From: Balanoglossus misakiensis
Taxonomy: Eukaryota; Animalia; Hemichordata
Assembly (NCBI GenBank): GCA_040954595.2
Contig: CM082594.2
Location: 10,606,276-10,670,275, forward strand
Reading direction: 5' to 3'
Length of the DNA: 64,000 bases
Positions 39,701-58,331 of the stretch are shown piece by piece. Numbering within the stretch: the first letter of the stretch is position 1; every line of letters begins with the position of its first letter. A program made the position numbers and the translations under genes. The notes under the pieces were generated by a model that saw nothing but the letters and a program-made list of their open reading frames with translations, was not told the DNA's origin and made no database searches.

Positions 39701-42700
39701 TATCTCCTGAAATCATTTCAGTGATAATCAAGTCAACACAATATTAGAAATTCATTGGATACATTGGCAAAAACAGACTTATTTGCTTCAGTAGGCGTGA
39801 ACTGTTTATGTACAATGTGTAAATGTATACTAAGGTCGAACAGTCAGTAGTGACAGTAGAAAGACGCTGGTACAATAATATGGTCTAGCGGTTCAAGTAA
39901 CAGAATGCATTGACTAACTGTCCCTATGGAGTGTTTCACGTCACTCGGAATTCTTACAATTGAATCTATATGCTAATAACTGTCAAAGGTCTTCCTAGAG
40001 TCTTTCACTGTTACACAAAGTACACATAAATCACTGTTGACAACTTCTTATCTGATTCTTAAGCATATTATCAATTTAAGTAGTGTTGTTATTGTGTGCA
40101 GAACCCTATTAGGTATTATTTATAGTATGTTGTTGTTACCTAATAATAGTGAATAAGGCAGGTATAAGATACAAAAACCTTCTCAATTTATTGTGTTTGT
40201 CCAATGGGACGTGAAGTAAATGAAGGTACAAGTTTTGACTTCACAGTGGGTATAGGCTGCCAAGTTGTTTAAGCATGTGTATGTGGTATTATTAATTAAA
40301 TTTAAAGAAAATATGATTAAATCCATGATTCATTTTTGTCATCTTTCTTAATGAAAATACCACTTCAGATTAACTCCATTTTAATAATTGATGAATCTTC
40401 TCATTTAATTAAATTACTGATTTCATCAATGATTATATGGAGCGCAATATGGAGCACAGACTTCATGTTTTGAGAAGTACCCATTTCTATACGGGAAAAC
40501 AATAATTGACCATTAGTTACATTTTTGTCAAATTGTATGGGCATGCTACAAACAAAAAGTTTATTTGCTCCCCCTTCCAGGAAGCCATTTGTGACATGTA
40601 CCCCTGTGATTGTCATCAACTGTAAATGCTTGACCCACTGCTGTTCACATGTCCCCACCTACAGGCAATGAAAAATCTAATTAGGGCTTAATTAAGAAAC
40701 TCAATACACAATGTGATGTTCACTGATCTCTCCACAAATAAAAATCCCGCCCTATCCCTGCAGCCATCCTTGTTGACATAACGCACACCACCAGTAAATC
40801 ACCATAGAGACAAAAAGTTATTTTCGACTATGATCTTTTGCTTATACATGTAGCTATACCAAAGCACATCCCTAGTCCCGATCTCTGAATTTCGTTCTAT
40901 CTAAATGTTGGGGAAAACATGTCAGTGCATAAACAGATATGCACAATCTCAGGGTCTAACTCTAAAACACAATCCATGCTTTTTACACCCAAACGCAAAG
41001 ATGCAAACCATTACATTTAATTCCATTTGAATACTGTGATTACACCATTACTAAGCTAGTTTGTTGGTTGGCTTAAGTTCCATGACAAAACAAAATTTGC
41101 CCAACAAAACACAACATAAACTTCATGTTTGTACTAAAAATGGTGACACCATTCATACCATGCACCTTTGAAGATATTCATCCACTGTACGCACTGTTCG
41201 TAGAATTCACAAGGCATTTATACGACCACAAGGCCAGCTTTTTATTTCGTTCCATTTTCAACTTCATAAAATACCCATCACAATGCTGTTTACGCCAAAC
41301 CTCGCCATGTATTACACCTGTGTGACGTCACTGCAGCGCTTTAAATCAATCCTCAATGACAGAGGGATGATCATCCACCCGTCAATGGATCCACTCAAAC
41401 ACCCCCAAGGCAAGGATTTACAACTTTCACTAAAGAATCAGGCTTTGCTAACGGGACACTTTGTGATTGATGATGCAAGGGTGAAAAGAATCTTGATGAA
41501 ATACTGATACGTTTCTCACACACTGACAATTCAGTCATTTCTATCCTACAATAAACACATGAGATACACATCACTTTCACAATTGAAAATCTACTTCGCA
41601 GGAGACTGTTTACCGTTTCAGTGCCTTTGTATATCAGATTTGAACACTGTGATATCATTCAAGGTTTGTATATAGTATACAGTTTCTAAATCTTTCCAGA
41701 GAGTCCAACACCTTTGTAATCTCAAAGTTAACAGTAACACCCCGGGAAATGTTATTGTATACAAATGCAACACAATCGGACCATAACTTTAGAATTTCAC
41801 GACTACCCTACATTTCATGAACCTCATAATTAAATTTAAATGTGCATCGTAAATTTTCAAGGTTTACTTGTTCCAATAATCACCGGTTCTAAACTGGAAT
41901 CCCATACACATGAAATGTGTTTACAAACAAATTCTACAAGGCACAGTTTGTAAGATGCAGCCTCTTATTTACATACGAGTTTGATTGGATAATTTATACT
42001 CTTTCTCTCTCTCTCTCTCACAGACAAACACACAGAATTTGAGTATATTCATCACCACCTCTAGCCTTGTAATAACTCCTCATGTAAATATGCTTATTTC
42101 CAAGACAAGCTGACAAAATAGAAACCACTAGAAATATATCACCAGGATCAGAAAATCCCACATGAGTAGTCTACAAATACAGTTGAACATGAATAAGCCT
42201 CTGTTTATACTTTATATCTTATCTTTCTGCATAACTTATATTAATTTGAGATACAAGTAATCTCAGACCCAAGACAACACAGCAAGGGTTGGCAGGATAC
42301 CAGTAAGTGCTCTGTAGTTAGGATCAGAAACTACTACTGAATTTGCTTTAGGATGAATAATCCTCTGTTTACCTGTGATCACTCTAATTTGCATGATATT
42401 ACAAATGTAAACAAATTTTGGCCAATATGTGGACCACTGAGATCAACAAAAATCAACATCAGAGATGATTGTGTACAGTTCGTTTCCCGGGAAACAGCAA
42501 ACAAAGTTATGGTCAACCAAACTTCACAGGTACATACCAATACAATGAATCAACAACAGAAAGGTGATGATTGGTAAAGTTCTATATAAACCAGGTTGTT
42601 TATATGTCCATCACACAATTTTAATTAATGTTTGCATGGTCATTCCAACCATTCTGTTGCATCTGAATTTTGCTACCAAAATATTGCTGACTGAGAGTGA

Positions 42701-44254
42701 ATCTTTTTTCAACAAAGAAAAACTGGTGATGAAAAGACACAATGCACTAGATTGAATTGTGGCATGCTGCCATACCAAAACACACCCCCAGTTCCCGGAC
42801 TGTATCATACTAAATCAATATTTCTTAATAAATGCTTCACAAACCAATGTAATCTTTTAATGGTGCCATATCAAAGGCATTGTTTAGCCATATGTCAACT
42901 TGTTCAAACGGATCAATATCTGCCCATAATGTGATATCATTTTTATTGTTCTAAGCTTAGCTTGCTTTTAACCTCTGTACAGACTGAAATTTTAAAATGC
43001 ATGATTACTTCAGTAGCAATTTATACAAAACCTTGGTATAATAATACATGATGACTCACTAAATAACATTATTGATTATAAGATATGTACACCTTTACCC
43101 TCCCCCCCCCCCTTCCCAATAGAGAGGTCCAGAATTGCTATTGAGAACAATACAGTTGGAACAAACCATGGTTGTGGAAGGGTGAAAATTAAAATGACAT
43201 TTACAACTTATGTAAACTGATTTTTCTATTTATAAGATTGTAAGCTGAGATTTTGCTATTGGCCTTATTTTAGTTTCTTAAATTATCTATGTTGTTCTGC
43301 TCACTGAAATACGCTCAATGACTGATCATTAAAACTCAACTCGCACCTTGTTTATCAGTATAACATGATTTTAATTTACTCATAGATTATTGATCAAGTC
43401 AGATATAGTAAATGTTTGTAACTTGTTCAAACTAATAACCACCGACTGATGTGTCAAAGTCTGCTCATTTTGCCGATAAAACACATTTTATCTATATACA
43501 CTTTGCTTCGGAAGAATGGAGGCATGTCAAAAGGTTTCATAGCCCCTTATCAAAATCGGATATTGAATTTTTGTAGATAAGACTAGCTGAGCTACTTTGC
43601 TTGGGCAGACAAACAAGCTATCCTATCTTGTGGCTTGCTGAATGGCTGCCATATTAGACTTTTGACTTCTGAGCATGCTCAGTCACTTTTGTAGAACTGT
43701 AAAACGGGAAATTTTCGCAACAAGAAATATTCGTGACATCAACAGAGGCCACTATTCCGCTTATCTCTCAAAAACATTCTGACTATTTATTTTCACATTT
43801 TATTGGCTCTTGTGAATTTCACGAAAATTTATTGTATGCGAAAATTTCCCGTTTTACAGTACAAACATTCTACTTCCATCAAACCTTTGAAGTACTACTT
43901 TTTTCCAGCTTTGTTAAAAGTCTTGTTTAGAATTGACACAACTATTCCGTAATAACCTGTTGACAACTGCAACTAATCTTGGAAGATTTACTTTTCTTAG
44001 CATCAGTTGCCCCAGGCTTGGAAAAAAATAGCCTTCCTTTCACTTTCAGTAGCTAAAAACCTTTAGAGAAAGCTTAATCACAGAAGAATGGAAGACAATT
44101 GTAGAAAACAAACAGGCCCTCACTTACCTGGATGGGTAACAACTTTTGTTGTCGCTGGCCGGCACTCATCATTGCTGAGCCTATTCGTTGTTGCAGTCAG
44201 GGTTGTCAACTGGAGAGCCACGCACACAAACAATAATTGCACAATACTCGACAT
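15718..44254 (-). CDS. SEMA5: Semaphorin-5 (SEMA5A/5B-like): signal peptide, Sema domain, PSI, 7 TSP1 repeats, transmembrane helix, short cytoplasmic tail; 25 coding exons, ~1060 aa
   Basis: Exons in transcript order: 44128-44254 (MSSIVQLLFVCVALQL.. signal peptide), 39447-39546, 34606-34651, 31626-31688, 28105-28203 (ENCRNFIRVL..VCGTYAFAPQC), 27163-27376 (KCPYDP), 25984-26072 (YFYFRETAVEYMNCGK), 22342-22374 (VYSRVARVCK), 21059-21167 (NDAGG..WTTFMKARLNCSLPG), 20862-20919, 20580-20715, 20225-20367, 19912-19982, 19713-19792, 19430-19477, 19204-19280, 19028-19102 (PSI: DPYCGW), 18663-18883, 18104-18277, 17767-17910, 17277-17462, 16967-17155, 16572-16742, 16240-16398 (seven TSP1 W-xx-W repeats), 15718-16088 (TM VIVIAIASFLLGVVIAVLV, stop TAA). 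All introns are GT-AG, phases match, and the total of 3183 nt is divisible by 3. Confidence 0.95.
17941..18010. mobile_element. Fragment (one end) of a Tc1/mariner-pogo-type non-autonomous DNA element
   Basis: Begins TA|CAGTCAAACCTGT, a typical TA-flanked CAGT terminus. A similar end (TACAGTTAAACCTGTC) lies near 18938. No matching opposite end was found. Confidence 0.35.
33362..33495. mobile_element. PIF/Harbinger (Tourist-like) MITE, 134 bp, in a semaphorin intron
   Basis: Near-perfect ~25-bp TIRs GGGAGCCTTCAGTTATTACAGGGGG / CCCCCTGCAATTACTGAAGGCTCCC, flanked by a 3-bp TAA duplication (33359-33361 and 33496-33498). Confidence 0.85.
43696..43860. mobile_element. MITE with perfect 24-bp terminal inverted repeats, in the intron after the first coding exon of semaphorin
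   Basis: ACTGTAAAACGGGAAATTTTCGCA ... TGCGAAAATTTCCCGTTTTACAGT, with imperfect pairing continuing inward. The right end is compatible with a TA target, while the left side reads AA. Confidence 0.8.
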
Positions 44255-47200
44255 AATGCGTTTCTTGTTTTCCACAGAATGAAAGAAGTTCTTTTCTTCA
44301 AAAGATGTACGTTTTGTTCACATGGAAATCTGAATCAAGTTGTTCACACATCCGTATTCATCATCTCTTGTCATTCACCGCGTCTTCTGATTTCTTGGCC
44401 CAGACAATGTCTTCGTGATGACAATCAAAATTGCTAATGGAGTGTCTGCTTCATCTGTCTCCTGCAAAAAGAGCGACGCACGTAGAGTTAAAATATGCTA
44501 ATCTTTATGCAAGCGCATTTCATGTTGGTTTTTTTCTCCGCGCAGTCCAAATTATTTCCAACGAATATACAAATTTCAAGAATACGTATTTGCTCCTATG
44601 GAGATGATCATATTGCTGTTGCTATATCCATGGGGAAAATAGAAAAAAGCAAATCATAGGTTGTCGATTTCATCAGTGCGTCTCCTAGCGATATCGTACG
44701 CGTACTAGACGTCACCTCAAAATGGAAACAGGCATGGGACGTACCCCCTCAAAAAAAAGACTCGAGAAAATACAAACTTCTCTGATCTGTACAGCTCTGC
44801 TAGACTCTGTATCATTTAACAAAGAAACTCCACGCTATCCTCAGAATGATAAAAGAAAACTCCGTTATCCCACGTACCACTACCGTTCAAAGTGCAGTGG
44901 CCAAACCTCAAACTTACGTCTCGACCGCGACCCACTTCTGAACTTTGTATCACGCACGGACGTACTGGGACCCGAGATTTTGCACCATATATACGTGTAT
45001 ATTTGACTGTTGCTACTGTCCAGTAAACACCCAACGAGTAAACAAGAAATGAATCATACTATTATACACAGAGAACCTGGCTTTCCCTTTGCAACCGGCG
45101 TTTGTGAGCGACCCGGGTGAGCGACTGCTGTCGTCTGCTACAAACACAAATTGCGCTTCTTGCGGCCGAAAAATATTCAGATCAGACAGTACCAAGTTGC
45201 TCAGCAAAATTCACTCGTCACTCACACTTTTGTGAGTAGGGGTTTCAATTTAGGAAAAATACGCGGTCTTGGGTCAAATTTTCTCCATAGTATGTGTCCA
45301 CCCTGTTTTGTTGTCAGTCACAAGCGACTTTCATCCGCCGACGGCGTCAATGCACAGCGTGGTGTGTGCGTGAATGCAAGACAATCTTACTACACTACGT
45401 AGCCAGACTTCATAATTCACCCATAAAATAATTACTTTAAAACTTACCAAAACGTTCAGATGATATATGGTACATATATACACTCCTTGTCTGAACTAGT
45501 TCTTCCTGAATATCTTCTTTACGATGATAAAAACTTCAGCTACGGTGAGGCCCAGACCTTGTTTTGAAATCTGTCACTCTGTAGTACCGTATACGTGTAG
45601 AGTCCCTATCAGTTTATACTGCCGTTACAACAGCCTCGCAACCTCCCCCGGGAAGTGAGATGATTGAAGCCACATGCTTTACGTACACGGTACATGTATT
45701 GACGTATTACCCCACGTCATTAATAATACATCATATTAGCAAGTTCTCTGTCAATAAACGTAAATAGAGTAACGTAACTTAATTCTCCTTACAATGCTCC
45801 GTGAGGAGACAAAAAAGGAAAAAAGTAGACAAGGGAATGGACACCGACAAACTGAGCCGGTGGCTTTTATTTGATTGTTCATTTTAACCAAAATTTTTCA
45901 TTTTTACTATAACACCGTTCTCAACCACGTCGGGATCGGAAGGAGATTTATGTGTATCGGTAACTTAATATAGTTTCCGAATATATTTCCTCTCTTTTTT
46001 GTTAGTTTGCTTTGAAATATTCATTATGTGAATTCGTAGTCATGACAACTTCTTCTGATGGTCGAATCTCCTATTACATCAATTTATTAATGTTATATAC
46101 CAGTATAAACTGGTAAAAAGAGGGATGACGTGCCCGTATACATGTCTGATACGAACTTATCCCAGTCCTTTACGTGTAAAATGCAAACAATTTTCTTTAC
46201 ATGCGGGTGTGCCGGTCAAAGTACCACTCGCGTCTTCGCAACAACGTTGAAGTTCACTAACACGAGCTATGGAGGGGAGTGATGGCGTGATAAAGGTCAG
46301 CGTTGTTTGCGTCTACCTGTGTCAACGCAATGAGGCATGTAGAAGCTAATTAAAAAGCACGACATAACAGGATGTCAGTCTCGGATGGTCTGATTCTTGC
46401 ATATACTCGCGAAACCATAGAAAGCCGACCCACAGCGCGGCATCTGAGCCCCCAATATTTGGTCCCCCAACGATCCGGTTCAGAACTTTATCTTTGTCGG
46501 TGGGCTCTGGCGTTACACGGCTACCCAACACCTGTTCAAAACAACCCCACCAATGCATGACTTCTTTGTGTCGGCATTAAGCTGGTTTGTTTTCCCACAT
46601 CTACTGGAGATTATGTTTTACCGAAGCCATATCCTTTCTTTTGGCACCGGATCAGTGCTGTTAACAGGGGGCGGCATCACGCTTACCGACACCGACTGTG
46701 TTCGAGAAATGTAAATTTAACTCGAATAAAATCCCTTTGTATCGACTTTGTTTCGTAAATTTTCCCGTGAAAAGCCCTAGCATATGTTTGTTCTGCGGTG
46801 GTCTTCTTAAGCAAATAGATATTTTGGTGGCCAAGATATCGCTTTCAATCGGGACATTTCCACTACAAAGAAGGATTTCAGGAGATTGTCGACCAACAAA
46901 GTTGATGGCTTCGAATCAACTCATATTATCGTCCATTTACTGTTAAGGCGTACGCCCTACATAGAAACATCTTTCTTCTTACTGTATCTATAGTAACGGA
47001 CCATGGTCTCCACTACATGAGCTGAGAGTGGGGTGCGCGCTTTTCCATATTTTTTTGGACGATACATCATGATCTCCTCCCATACCCCATCATGTTTTGG
47101 CCGTAAAAGCTGGTAATTGGCCAAAGGTGACCTGTTGAAGTACCGTGCAGTACAGAAGATCGGTTGCTGTTTGCTACTCAGTGGGCACTGCAGAACAAAC

Positions 47201-47530
47201 CGAAAAATGCCAATGATTGACAGGTTTGTTGAAACAAATGAAGTACTGTAGATGCTAAGTCATTGTGATGACAATGTCAAGGGCACACACAGCCATGTCA
47301 AGTCATTCATCACCACTGAAGATCAACTGTGTGCAAACTCCACAGTTGCTTGTCAGCTGCACTGTTCGCGATGATAAGTTCAGTCCAAGCCTTTCTTGAC
47401 ATGTACAAATGTTGAAAACAAGCTGTAAATTCAATATTCCAATTCATCAGTGTACGGATGTGTGTCAAACATCCATATTCACACTTCCACATAAAACAAG
47501 AGAAATATATTTTTGTAGGAATGTCAAATA

Positions 47531-47536
47531 TTTATT
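47531..47536 (-). terminator. Candidate polyadenylation signal for SMARCC
   Basis: TTTATT (AATAAA on the minus strand) ~600 nt past the stop codon. A second one lies at ~47996. Confidence 0.45.
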
Positions 47537-48128
47537 AACACATTGACTTACAGGATACACAGTGTGATGACAAACAGTACTACTACTTTGAATATTAAGA
47601 TGACTATTAATCTTTACACAAAACCAAGATCCAAGAAATGCTAGGTAAAAAAAGTTAATCCATTCTTGAGATGTTTTTAAAATAAGTTTTAATGCTGACA
47701 TTATTGATAATTTTTGCAACACAAAAGCTAGCATCCTTTTAAAGCATCATCTCTCCTGCACTAATTTTCCAAGCAAAATAATGAGTGTATTACAGAGCTG
47801 AAAAGCCATGAAATTATCAAAGAACTGGTATTGACTTGCCCTCCTTGTGTATCTTGTCCACCCCTATATCACAAATGATAATGGTGCAATCCACTGACAT
47901 CTCAAACTGGTTTTTACAAAAAAGCAGATGCATTTGAAAAGTGGAACATTTCTCACATGCTACATGATAAACTATCAACTACCTATTGTACTATTTTTAT
48001 TTCTGGAAAGTACCGATATTATAAATAAATTTTCCGTCACTATGGTTACAAAAAATACCTCAAAGAATCCTGTATAATAAAACGGATACATGAGTTCTTA
48101 TTTTCCCAACAAAAGATCTGTTCAGTGC

Positions 48129-55080
<6,952 letters not shown>

Positions 55081-55720
55081 TTTGTTTCAGATTTACCTCA
55101 ATTCACAGACGTTGGTGGGTATCCCATAATGCCAGTAAGCAAGTCGGAACTGGGTGTGCAGCACAGCGCACCCAGCGGCAAAAGTAAAAGTTTTGATTGT
55201 ACCACTATCACAATAGGTGGGTATTCAATTATTATTGCTCCTATGCAGCATATCACAATTTGTAAAATAGGAAATTGCTGTAATTGTAAATGTATAAAGG
55301 CTTAATAAATTGCATTTTGTACCAAGTGAACTGTTTTACTGATACTCTGTGTGATGAATATCTTATTTTCGATCAGCCTGGTCCTATCTGTAATGTAATG
55401 GGCCGAACAAAGTCCCGAAACTGGGTCACCACGGTGCGTTTTAAGTACCGCGTCGCGTCACTAATAATTGACTGGGCCATGCCTGAGTGTAATTCAAAAT
55501 GATCAGAGCACCGGAAATGCTACGTTTATTGCACAGCCATATGCCAATGTGGTAAACTGGTAAAGTTAGATGCACACTGAGAAGTTGCGACTCTTCCCGA
55601 AGTTGTCCCTTTCTGAATTGATCTCTTTCGTTTTCATTCAACTTTTAAGTGGTATTGAAATGCAAATTTTATGATTTTCCAGGAACAGTACAGTAGACAG
55701 AATCTAAGATCCCGAAGACG
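55081..55720. promoter_or_regulatory. Probable bidirectional promoter shared by SMARCC and the PHD-finger gene
   Basis: Only 640 bp separate the divergent start codons (55080 minus, 55721 plus). CpG density is locally raised, and the SMARCC start sits in AAAATGGCG (YY1/Kozak-like). Confidence 0.6.
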
Positions 55721-58331
55721 ATGGCAATGCCAGCGATGTCGTGCGCATTCTGTCGCGAGAAGGAAAAAAATGACGACCCATGCGGAGAACTGTATGTGTA
55801 CGATCAACTCGCCGCCCATCACAATTGTTTGGTAGGTTGTTCATTTCATTTGTTTGCTTTTGCAGGATACAATCATATATGTGTCTCTACAGGTGTGTGT
55901 ATGGCTGTTCACACTTATGTTGCAAACAGCTTACAGGTCACCAGAAACATTTGGAACTCTGAATTGAGTATTTTCCTGTGGATAGGATCAGTGATGCCAT
56001 CATGTTTTTCATTTCTGTCTCTGCAGCTTTATTCAAGTGGCTTGTTTCAAGTTAATGATTCGTCCAAAGGTGATGATTTTGAAGACTTCGGCGGTGGATT
56101 TGCATTGAAATCAGTTCTGAAAGAGATAAAGCGAGGAGCACAGTTTGTAAGTATCATCAAATACAGGGTCTTTTGAAACAAGGCTGAAAACAATCTATAT
56201 AATCACTTTGTTTCTTATGAACTTGACTGATGGAAAAATCAACAGTCGACAGTACATTCCTTGTGTGCAGCTCAATCCATTTTCATCGTATATTCACAAG
56301 ACAGTGCCCTCTTTTACAGCGTTGTAGCAGGAAGAGCTGCCGGAAGAAGGGTGCCACCGTCGGATGCAACCGGAAAAGTTGCCGAGCCACATATCATTAT
56401 CTGTGTTCCAAGGAAGAGGGGAAGTTTCAACAGAAATGGACAGAGGAAGAAAGTCAAAAGTAATGCTGTGGAACTTTTTTTATACAGTCGTGTTGGGTTA
56501 ATTTTAGTCCCTGAATTCATTCAATGCACTGCGTATGCCTCATGACATACCACATATTTTGCCACTGTTTACCAACATGGCCTGTACATTACACTTTTCT
56601 CACACTGTGTTGACAGTCACTTTGTCACTTTTTTCCATTGCAGTCATATAAACTATGAAATCATATTTTGCTGCAAGAAGCACGTGATAGATTTAACAAG
56701 GAGTTCAAGAAGTGAAATGAGTAGTGATGAAGACAATGAGGTCACTCTCTGTGACTCGGAGAGCTCAAGCTCCAGTGTTCTTGTCAGCTCTTTGGGTCAC
56801 CATGACGATTCAGATGATTTTGAAGAAACACCACCACGTCATCACAATAATCTCTCCCAAAAAAACTGTAAGTCATCTTTATGTGAGGAATTCAATTCAG
56901 TGTTCAACTGATAGAAATTGCGTTCCAAACAGTTGTGGATATGGTTGTGTGTAAATGAGCATATGAAAACTACAGGTGACCATATACCTAGAAATGCTTG
57001 TTTTTTTATTGTTTTCAGCAAAGAAAAGCCAGAACTTAAAAACTATTATTTCAAAGTTATCACGAAAGAAGTCCAAGTCTGGTGTGGAGAAGCGTTCTCC
57101 CAAGAAGAGAAAGAATTCACAGAGTCCCAGCAGTAAGCCACCACAGAAAAAGCTCTGTTTGGATGCTGATCGGGAAGATGTGAATGGAATAGTAGCAGGT
57201 CCATCTAGTCATAGAGATGAGATGAATGAGGAAATGTCATCAGACCCCTCCTCCTCCTCGCTGCAGACTGCACCAATTCTGGATGAAGCATCTCTGTGTT
57301 TGCAAATCACGGAAGCTACCAGTCAACCGAGTCCTGAAGTGAGCAATGTTGAAACAGCCAACCGATCTTCTGATTTGGTTGCCACCATTACGCGGGGGGT
57401 AAGTCAGGCTGTGGTGCCTCACTTCAGGCAGGTGCAGGAAGAAGTGGACAAGCTCAAAAAACAGATGAGAACGCTGAAAGGAGAGATGGCTCAGCTGAAA
57501 GGGCCCAGGGCATCACCGGCAAGGCGATCGGACTTGTCACAAAACGACCAAGAAACAAGGCAAAATCTATTAATAACATCAACACCAATTCTAGTGCGGT
57601 TCCCAGACGTAGTAGACACTCAGTCGGACGAATCTGATGAAACGTTAGACATCAGCAGTTGGAGAAAAATACAGAACGACCAACAATCGTTGGCTGAATC
57701 AAGTGATGATGCTGATGAAAATTGCAACAGAAAAGTCGTAGTGACACGATCCAGAAGACAGCCTTTCTCTGACCAAGTCTTAGCCAATTGGTATTCACTG
57801 CAAAATGATGACGTTTCTGAACGCGAAATTGCGGAGATAGACAAGCGTTGGGGGGTCGCTTCAGGTTACTACAAGCGCAAACTGAGTCCACCTTTCATGC
57901 CGCAGGGGATCCGCGACAGACTCGGCAGAATCAGCAGAGATCGAGACAGAGCTCTGCTGGAAATGTGCCAGGGTTACCACTACGCCATGGCGCCACTGTT
58001 GAGCGTCACATCCTCTGCCAATAACCCTTCTGAGGCAGAGCTGAAGAGGGCCATCGAGGACACGCTCACGATGACAGGAAGTGCTGCATACAAAGCTGCC
58101 ACGGTCAGACAGAAACTTATCAAGGAGGCCCTGCCAACTGAGTACAGGGCATTATGTGATTACAAGCCAAATCATGAGTTCCTTTTTGGCGACCAGCTGA
58201 CACCGCAGAAGCTGGAAGAGGTCGACATGCTTGTTGAGGAAAACAAGGAAAAGAAATCACAAAACCGAAAGGGTTCTAAAGCAAAGGAAAGTCAAGTCAA
58301 AATGAGGGATATCAGTGGTTACTTTAAATGA
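55721..58331 (+). CDS. Extended PHD-finger (zf-HC5HC2H; PHF6/PHF7/PHF11/G2E3-type) protein with coiled coil and C-terminal DIRS-Gag/LAP2alpha-like domain; 5 exons, ~635 aa
   Basis: Exons 55721-55831 (CAFC..AAHHNCL), 56027-56146 (LYSSGL..GF.LKSVLKEIKRG), 56320-56459 (C..C..GATVGC..SC..TYHYLC), 56644-56867 (FCCKKH plus acidic Ser-rich linker), 57019-58331. Introns are GT-AG with matching phases (0,0,2,1); total 1908 nt. The start could be one of three close ATGs. Confidence 0.88.

Noticed and set aside
12760-47734. Numerous 60-130 aa ORFs in the semaphorin UTR, introns and intergenic DNA
   Set aside because: Apart from those overlapping real exons, they show no recognisable motifs and are the expected background in non-coding DNA. 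The antisense ORFs over SMARCC and ASRGL1 are shadows of the real CDS.
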